Below, in pieces: positions 19,390 through 28,100 of a stretch of 41,779 nt of DNA (position 1 is its first letter; each line of letters starts with the position of its first letter). This stretch comes from a virus (Duplodnaviria; Caudoviricetes), in IMG/VR virus record IMGVR_UViG_3300032219_000342, positions 1 through 41,779 of that record, one strand, 5' to 3'. A model generated the notes under the pieces. That model was given only the letters and a program-made list of their open reading frames with translations. It made no database searches and was not told the origin of the DNA. A program made the translations under genes and the position numbers.

Positions 19390-19800
19390 ATGGGAATCTT
19401 AGTAAGGCAATTAAATGCAAGTGACTACGATGACATCCTAGTTGGATGGTGGAAGGACTGGGGATGGACAGCCCCTGCTAAAGACTTCTTGCCTGAAGAT
19501 GGAGAAGGAGGATTGATTGTATTTGATGATGACGAACCAGTGTGTGCTGGATATATGTATACGACAAACTCAAAACTTGCATGTGTTGATTGGATAATAT
19601 CCAGTCGGACATACAGAAAGAAACCTGCACGGAAGGAGTGCTTGGATTTATTAATATATGCGCTTACAAATATTTGTAAAAGTAGGGGACATAAATATGT
19701 TTATGCTTTGATAAAAGACAGGAATCTAATATCTACATATGAGAATTTTGGATATGTGAAAGGAGATTCATACACAGGAGAAATGATAAAAATATTATAA
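19390..19800 (+). CDS. GNAT-fold acetyltransferase-like protein
   Basis: VRQL...DY start, LIVFDDDEPVCAG strand pair, WIISSRTYRK, and YENFGY end motif. Position resembles T7 gp13. Confidence 0.7.
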   Translation: MGILVRQLNASDYDDILVGWWKDWGWTAPAKDFLPEDGEGGLIVFDDDEPVCAGYMYTTNSKLACVDWIISSRTYRKKPARKECLDLLIYALTNICKSRGHKYVYALIKDRNLISTYENFGYVKGDSYTGEMIKIL

Positions 19801-19801
19801 C

Positions 19802-20680
19802 ATGGGAGTAGCAACAGCGATAGCAATATCAACATCACTAGCAAGTGCAGGCGCATCTGCTAAGCAAGCATCTAATGCGGCAGGATTTGCCAGGGCAGCA
19901 AAAGCAGATTCAGCTCGTGCATTTGACAGAGCCATGAATGAATTGACTTCAAATAAGTTTGCAGGACTAAGTCTTCCAAAAGAAGCTTATGAGCGTGAGC
20001 GTGAGGCATTATTATCTGCTGGAGCTCAGGCTATTGAGGCAGGAAGAGAGAGTGAACGTGGAACCGCTGCTACGGCAGGTCGTGTTCAGATGGCTCAGCA
20101 AGAAGGGCAGAGACAAATATCTGGTGCTATGGGTGAAGAACTTATGAAGCTTGAGGGACTTACTGCACAAGAGGAAGCTAGTCTTGCATCTCAAAGAGCT
20201 GGCCTTGAGTTAGCTCAGGCAGAGGGTGGACAGGCAGCTGCTGCTCAGTTTGGTGCTCAAAGTGATGCTGCTCTAACTGGAGCGTTCTCATCATTGGCAA
20301 GTGCAGGCCAGCAGTACCTACAGGGAACTGAGTTATACAAAAAGGGTGAGGGACAAAGAGAGCTTAATAGGCTTAATAAAGAATACGATAGGGCCGAAAA
20401 TGTATCTGGTACATTTAAAGATGCCAGTGGAAATAAACTTTCATTTGATGATGCAACTTCAAAATTAATTAGATACGATAAAGCGTTTTCTCCAATGATA
20501 AATATGACTGCACTTCAAAGACAAGATTTTCTTGCTCGCAATCCTAATTTATTAAAATCATTAGATGCTAGTATTTTTGGTCAAGAATTAGGACAAGGAT
20601 ATTTAGTTGATTCCGCTCCTAAATTAGGAATGCCACAGGCACAACCCTTTCTGGTTAAACCAATTATAACTACTAGATAA
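19802..20680 (+). CDS. Internal virion/ejection protein 1
   Basis: Hydrophobic A/G/S-rich N-terminus and A/Q-rich helices; first of three genes of increasing size. Confidence 0.7.
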   Translation: MGVATAIAISTSLASAGASAKQASNAAGFARAAKADSARAFDRAMNELTSNKFAGLSLPKEAYEREREALLSAGAQAIEAGRESERGTAATAGRVQMAQQEGQRQISGAMGEELMKLEGLTAQEEASLASQRAGLELAQAEGGQAAAAQFGAQSDAALTGAFSSLASAGQQYLQGTELYKKGEGQRELNRLNKEYDRAENVSGTFKDASGNKLSFDDATSKLIRYDKAFSPMINMTALQRQDFLARNPNLLKSLDASIFGQELGQGYLVDSAPKLGMPQAQPFLVKPIITTR

Positions 20681-20683
20681 AGT

Positions 20684-22153
20684 ATGGCTAGTTACTACAA
20701 ATTCGCTGAGAGGCAAGCTGACAGCTTTGTAAACTGGGCAGAGATCGGTAAAGGAATTACCGACATGATACAGACTGAGGTTGGAATCCGTGAGCAGAAG
20801 AAGGCGGCTATAGACCAGGCTACTAGAGATAATCTAAAGAGAGTAGCAGAGGCTCCTGTAGGCGCACATGAGGGATTAAATACATGGACATTAAATTACG
20901 CTGACGATGCAAGGCAGGCTATCCTACTACAGGATAGACTACTAAAATCTGGTGGATTAAAGCTGAAGGACTATACCATCATGAGACAGAATTTAAATGA
21001 TGGCACTGATGAATTGTTTGGTGTCATTAAGAACTTCCAAAGTACATTTAAAGATAAGAGAGATAGACTAATCAGTAACGACCCAAAGAATAAGTCTCAG
21101 GCTTTTGAGATGGACTTGATGGCATACAGTGAACAGTTCGGAGATTTCTCTAAGTCTATGGCTATTATCGACCCAAGAAACTTCAGTGTTAATGTTGGTC
21201 TAATGGAACCTGATCCTAACAATCAGGGTGTAATGAAGGTTGGAAAGCAGATTGCTACATCAAGTTTTCTTAGAAAGATACAAGATACCAAGGTAGATTA
21301 CTTTGATTCTGATGGTGCCTCTGAGGCCGTAAGCAAAAGCTTTGGTTCATTTACTGAATCTACTATTCAGGATTTGAATAGGTTGCAAGGTAAGGTTGTT
21401 ACTATTGAGGATGTAAGGAAGAGACCTGGATATGAGGATGCTATTAATGAGGAAATTAATTCATTATTCGCTAATCCATTTAACATGACATCAGTACTTA
21501 CTAATGATCTTGTTAAGGATAAGGCAGGAAGGTCATACGTATCAAACATATCTGGTAAGGATGGTAATGTGATTAAGTACGTGTTCGATCCTCAAACAAA
21601 TTTCTATAAGCCAGAGTTAACAGCAGAGCAAGAGCAGGCCGCTAGAGATTACATGAGACGTAAGATTGAGCAGAGACTTGATATAAAGCTTAAGGAAGAT
21701 CCGTTCAATAAACCACAGCCTAATGTAGTAAAAGCTGAAACACCAACTCCCACTGGTCCAAGCTATGCTGAAAGCATTAATCAGTTTAAAACTAAATTAA
21801 AAACTGTATCGCCTAAACGTGGGCTTACTATATTTACTGGAACAGGAGACATTACAGCTCAGAATATTCAGGGTCTATTAAATTCTGATCCAGCATTAAT
21901 AGGCAAATTCAAAGTTGGAAATGCTGAAGATGTAATAACTCTTACAGACAATGATGATGTTGTTATAGGAACATTTGATTTATTAAAAGCTCCACCAACT
22001 CCGGCTGGTATTAAACAGAGGGAAAAATACCTAGAAGATTTAGTTGATCTAGTAACAAATTACGCAATCTCTAAAGACCCAACAAGTATTGGTGTATCTT
22101 TGATGACAGGCGGAGTTGGAGGATCAGGATCAGGACTACCACCATCTAGATAA
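20684..22153 (+). CDS. Internal virion/ejection protein 2
   Basis: 489 aa, helical N-terminus, located between ejection protein 1 and the giant gene. Confidence 0.65.
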   Translation: MASYYKFAERQADSFVNWAEIGKGITDMIQTEVGIREQKKAAIDQATRDNLKRVAEAPVGAHEGLNTWTLNYADDARQAILLQDRLLKSGGLKLKDYTIMRQNLNDGTDELFGVIKNFQSTFKDKRDRLISNDPKNKSQAFEMDLMAYSEQFGDFSKSMAIIDPRNFSVNVGLMEPDPNNQGVMKVGKQIATSSFLRKIQDTKVDYFDSDGASEAVSKSFGSFTESTIQDLNRLQGKVVTIEDVRKRPGYEDAINEEINSLFANPFNMTSVLTNDLVKDKAGRSYVSNISGKDGNVIKYVFDPQTNFYKPELTAEQEQAARDYMRRKIEQRLDIKLKEDPFNKPQPNVVKAETPTPTGPSYAESINQFKTKLKTVSPKRGLTIFTGTGDITAQNIQGLLNSDPALIGKFKVGNAEDVITLTDNDDVVIGTFDLLKAPPTPAGIKQREKYLEDLVDLVTNYAISKDPTSIGVSLMTGGVGGSGSGLPPSR

Positions 22154-22161
22154 TAACAAAA

Positions 22162-25100
22162 ATGGAAGAAGAACTATTAAAAGAATATGTGTCAACATAT
22201 TTAAATCCGAAGTATAATAGTGATTGGGATGTGGTTAATTCAAAGTTTCCTGAGTTATCTGGAGTTGACAAGGGACTATTAAAAGAGTACGTTGCAACAT
22301 ATTTAAATCCAAAATATAATAGTGATTGGGATGTGGTTAATTCAAAGTTCCCTGAACTATTCCCAGCAGGCCAGACTGCTGCCGAGCAACCTATAGCCGA
22401 GCAGCAAAAAAAAAACAGAAGTTCGGTATCACCATTTGTGGATGGTGGTTCGGAGCTTACAAAGTTTGATCCACGTACTGGTCAGGTTGTACAGGAGACT
22501 CCTGCGTTCACTAAGCCAAAAGAGAGAGACTTTAGTGGACTAGAAGTTAAAGTACAAGATGAAAAGATATTAACTAAGCAGCCTAGAGTAGAGAGACCTA
22601 TAGTTTCTAGTGAGTCAACTAAGACTGATCCTGATCAAATTGATTTTGATGGTAAGCTTGCGAAACAGAAAGTTTCTGCTCCAATGTCTTATTCAAATAT
22701 TTTCGCAAAAACAATAGCAGATCTTCCATCAGACTTAGCTGAAACCTGGTCTGTTGCATCAGCATTTATAGAAAGACAACTTGGTAAAGCTGGTGTCCCA
22801 GGAGCTAATCCTAATTTAACAGCTAAGGATATATATTTTTACAATGTAAGTGATGATTGGAGAAAATACACAGATGAAGTTTTTCCTACTAATCAAGAGG
22901 ATAGATCTACATTTTTAGGAGGAGTTGTTTCTGGACTAGGACAGGCAGTTCCTATGGTTATGTCTGGAGGAATATCAGCTGTATCCAAGGGGAAAGCGGC
23001 TATGGATATAGCCAAGGCTGCATTAAGTACTGGAACAAAACTTACTCCATTTATAAAAATGGGCAAGGATCTGGCAAAGCAAGCAGCATCTCCCTCTGGT
23101 TTAATAGGTGGATCTCAAATGTCTTCATCAATGTATAGACAAGCTATAGATTCTGGGGCAACTGAAGATCAGGCGCAGCAATACGCTATTGAAAACTTTT
23201 TTGTTGGAACAGTGGTAGAGTCACTCCCAATACAGTCAATGTTCTCAAGAATATTGAAGAAGGAACCTACTGCAAATATTTTAAGAATATTAAAAGAAGG
23301 TGGTGTTGGTGCCGGTGAAGAGTTCACTACCGAGATGTGGCAAGCCACTTATGAGAACTGGTCTGCTCAAAGAATATATGACTTCAATAGAGAAATGCTA
23401 GATGGAGTTGGTGAGGCTGGAGCAGTTGGTGGAACGGTTGGCTTTATCTTAAACACAGCACTGGCTGCATTGGTAGGTAGAAGGGCTAGAGTAAAGACTA
23501 AGGAGGAGGAAGTTATTTTAGATAAGTCAATAGATGAAGTTAAGTCAAAAATAAATACTGTAAATACAAACAATGAGAACATATCATCGGTTGCTGAAGA
23601 ACTAGATTCTATAGAGCCAATTGTTTTAAATTACGGAGACTCTAAATACTTTTTTGCTAGAGATAAATCTGGCAGAATGGAATTAGCTGATGAACCTATG
23701 CTTGAAGACCAAGCAAAGTCAATGTCTAATATGCTTGGCAAAGTTTATAAAGGACTTGAGTTTTCTATTGAAGAGGTGGCATCTAATGATCCATACACTC
23801 CAGTAAAATATAATGTTATTGCTAAAGAAAAAATAAACGAACAACAAAATGCCATTCAAGAGCAAGCAGCAGGTCAAGTACCTGTACAGCCAGGAGCCAC
23901 AGTTAGCCAAGAAGTGGAGCAAGGAGTACCCCAAGTAGAACCTCAAGTCACTGCCGAAGCGGGTGTCCAAGAAGAAATAAATGAGGAGGATATAGCCCTA
24001 AGCGGATTGAGTGATGGGTTTAGGGCAGTTACTCGTAACTCTTTTGATGTAAGGTCTGATAAAGAAGTTATGGATAATATAACTAAGAGAAAATCTTTTG
24101 CTACTTCTGTTACTAAAAATGGTAAAAAATATGTAGTAGTAGGTCTAAGACTAAATGAAGATGTTGGAGCTACTACATCAGGAAGAGATGGGTATTCTTT
24201 TGCTACAATAGAAGACAATGGAAATTTACCTGCTAACACTGTAGATGTTCTTACTCAAAAAGCTATATCTAATATTTCATCTGTTTACCCTAATATAAAG
24301 AATCCTACTGTTGATTTATTTAGACCAATAGAAGTTCAAGAAGTATCTCCTACTCAGCAGCCAGAGATAGATGCTATTGAAGCTCAGAGAAAACAAGCTC
24401 TCGAAGCAAATAAGGGTGGACTAAACAAGCCTTATTACTTAGGGGATACAGAGGGTCCAACATTAGGAGAGTTCATCAATCAAGAGTATGACGCTAAGAT
24501 AAATGCCCTGAGAGCCAAGGCTACTACACCACAAGTACAGGAAGTAACTCCACAACAAGTAGAGAAACAAAGAAAGGACTTGGATATGGAGGTTAAGGCT
24601 CTTGAAGATTTGCTTTCTGATCCTAATGAAGAACCTTTGTTTAAGAAGTCAGATAACGATACCAAGTTTGGTGAGTCAGCAGATGTTGTTGAAGATGTAG
24701 TACGTCAGATGAATGATTTGCCATCTGGCAATGTGACTACAACTATTACTCCTAAGCCACAAAAACCAATTGATATAGCTGACCTAGAGTCAAGAGCAGA
24801 TGTTCCTGTGAAGCGAACTACATTTGATGTTATCAAAGGTATACCTGCGGTGTTCTCTATATCTGACCAACTTAGAATTGGTAATGTGACTAACCCTAAT
24901 ACTGGTAATGTAATCGATAGACTATTTGGTGGTCTAGGATTTGGTTTCACTAAAGGACATGAAGGATTTGCATGGGCTAACACTACAAAAGATGAGGCCC
25001 AGAATCTTGTGAATAGAGCCGTGTCTGTCTACAATAATAACAAAGCATTGTTTGATGATTGGTGGGCTAAGAATCCAGAGTACAATGGACTAGTTCCATT

Positions 25101-28100
25101 GAACATAGCCAAGATGGCTGAAGGATCTATCATGTCAAACGAAGCATTGTATCGTGTTATTAAAGATAACTTTGCCTCATTCCCTAAGAAGAATAAAGTA
25201 GATGCTCTTAACTATCTTACAAATAATAGAATACCATCTATTATTGATTCATTAAATAAGAGTTTAAAAAATCCAAACCTAGCAAAGAACGCTAGGAAGA
25301 GTGTTGAGAAAAGGATAAAAGCTTTAACTAGCATACAGACAAAAATAAAGGATGGTAAGTTAAAGTCTGTAGACCAGTTGCTAGACCCTGAGTTTTATGG
25401 ATCACTTTCATTACCTGTAAGGGCAGAACTAATAAGCCAACTAACAATTGGTACTCCTAATAAACCAGGAGAACAAAAAGCTTCTGGCTTACCTGGAAAG
25501 AATACAGTACCACGAGCTCTACTTGGAATTGATCAAGAAGCTTCTGTATCTGCTAAGTCTATTGGACAAGCTAACCTAAATAAGGTAAGTCTTTCAAATG
25601 CGGCAGAGATTATTACTGAGCCGGCTATGAAAGATATTGAGCCTCGTCAGATAATTGCTATCTATGGAATAGATGTATTAAATCCAGGAGTAAAAGATAC
25701 AGTACACCCTAACTACAAGTTTGGTGTTAATGGTAGACCAATTGGTGTGCTTGAGAATAGCGTATCAATACAAGAGGCTTATCCTTTTGCTTACACAAAT
25801 ATACTTGAGTCTCTTATAGCTCAAGAAGAAAAGAGTGGAGAAGAATTGAAGGCGGCTCCTATTGACTCATTAATAAATGAGAAGATACCTGTTGGTATTG
25901 GGTTACCTAACCTTGAGTTTATTGGGGCTATTTCTCAGGGAGTAATGAGCAATGCTCAAAAGCTTTCTGCTTGGATAAACAAATCATTCCCTAGTGTAAT
26001 AATGTCTACTGATGCAGAGACATTTGCTAATGTACTTAAGTCTGATGGCGTAAGGGTTCAGCTAAAGGGTGATGAAGTAGTGTACGGTGTAACTGTTGAT
26101 GGAGACATCTATATAAATCCAGATGTACACAATAGTGATTCAGCATTATTTAACACAACTATTCACGAGTTCGGTCACGTATGGTTGAACTTCTTAGAGA
26201 CAACAGCTGAGGGTAAGTCTTTACTTAATCGTGGAATTAATCTTGTAAAGAAGACTGGTGAATATCAGGATCAACTTAAGAAGTTTAATGGAAATCAAAC
26301 TAAGGCTGCTAACGAGGCACTTGCTATATTGATAGGCAACAGAGGAGAGACCATTGTCAATGCCTCATTGAAAAGCAAGTTTCAGGAATGGTTACTTGGA
26401 GTGTGGAAGTATGTAAAGGATAAGTTCAAATTATCTGGTGACCTAACCCCACAAGAAATTCAAGATTTAACTCTTGATCAGTTCTTGGGTACAGCTATTG
26501 CTGATTTGTTTAGTGGTAAAGCATTGCCTGTTGGTGAGATTCAACTAAAGAAATTAAAGAACCCGGAGGCAGCATTCAGTAAGTCAGACTCAATAGATAG
26601 CATAGTTCAGAAAGGTAGGGCTAATGGATTCTCTGAAGAATCAATTAAGATTGTATTAGATAAGAGAGGATTCACTGAGCAGGCTATCAATGAAGCATTG
26701 GGCAAGCAGACACCTGCCGCTAAGAAGGTTGAGGTAACTGAGAAGCTACCTGCTAATTATGAGCGAATGATTGGTCAGCTTGAGGGTGTGATTGAGAAGT
26801 CATTGAAGAAGCGTGGTACTAGCCAAGAGACAGCCATGCAGAATGCCATCAACTACCTACAGGGTACGAAGGTATACGAGGAGGCTACTGACGTTCAGCG
26901 CGAGGCTATGTTCCGTGATGTACGCAAGCGATTCAAGAAGCGTGAGAAGTCTGCACCTACAGCTAAGAGAGTACTAGGTCAGAAGAAAGACGTTGTAACA
27001 ATCACTGTTGATTTGGCTAAGGAGAGAGATAGAATCATTAAGGAACAGATAAAGCAGGCTAAAGAAATCACTGGTGACCTTAATGATAAGAGAGCAGCAT
27101 TGGCTAATTCAATACGTTTGTTTGAAGATGGAGGAGTTATAACGACTGCTCAAACTAAGACCATAGTAAACAGAATTAGCAAAGTCAATCTAAATAATCC
27201 TATCATGGTAGATAGGTTACTTGCATACATTGAGAAGGTATTTGATAATGCTAACTATGCAGCTGACATGACCGAGCTAAGAAAGCTACAACGTCAGGCA
27301 AGAACCAAGAGGCATACATCAATGAAGGACTTTGTTGATAGGTTTACTTATATTAATCCAGAGATTATACCACTTGATAGAATACAAGACTACAAGGAAG
27401 CACTTGACTTCTTGAATAACCTAACTCCTTCTTATGCTAGAATGAATGAGATGCTTCCTGAGATTGAATCTTATCAGGTGTCTGAAGAGTTTGATGCTGC
27501 TAAGACTATGGATAGTCTTATGAGTAAGTATGAAAACATAGCATTGAATCAGGTTGGTAGTGTAGAGGATTATGTTAATCTAATAAAGGACATAAACTCC
27601 TTCAAGAGAAAGGCATTCCAGTTACTACAGAACGAAGCTATTATTCAGAAGGATTATGATGACCTAATCAATATGGTTGGAAAGGATCAAGCTGCTGTAG
27701 AGAAGAGATATGAAAAAGAAATCGCTCAGAGAAAGAAGGACTTAATCGCTGAGATAAAGAAGCAGCGACCAAAGACTAATCCTGAATTCACTAAGGAAGA
27801 GAATGATTTAATCAGGGAATACCTAGAGCTTAGCGATGCTGACCTTCAGAGTCTATCACCTGAGGACTTGTTTGTACTAAATGATTTGCTTGAGAACGTA
27901 AGCAATGGAGAGATTGACTACTATAGATTTAAAAATGTAGTTTCAAAAGCAGCCAATAACAAGGCTGGTGTTGAGGTTGGTAAGCAGTTAAAAGGATCTA
28001 AGTTAAGTCTTGGGTCAGCAGAATTGAGAAAGAAAATGGCTCAGTTTGAAAGCTCATTCTGGGAAGGGCTTCTTGGTTTAGGTAGAGCTACATCAGGACC

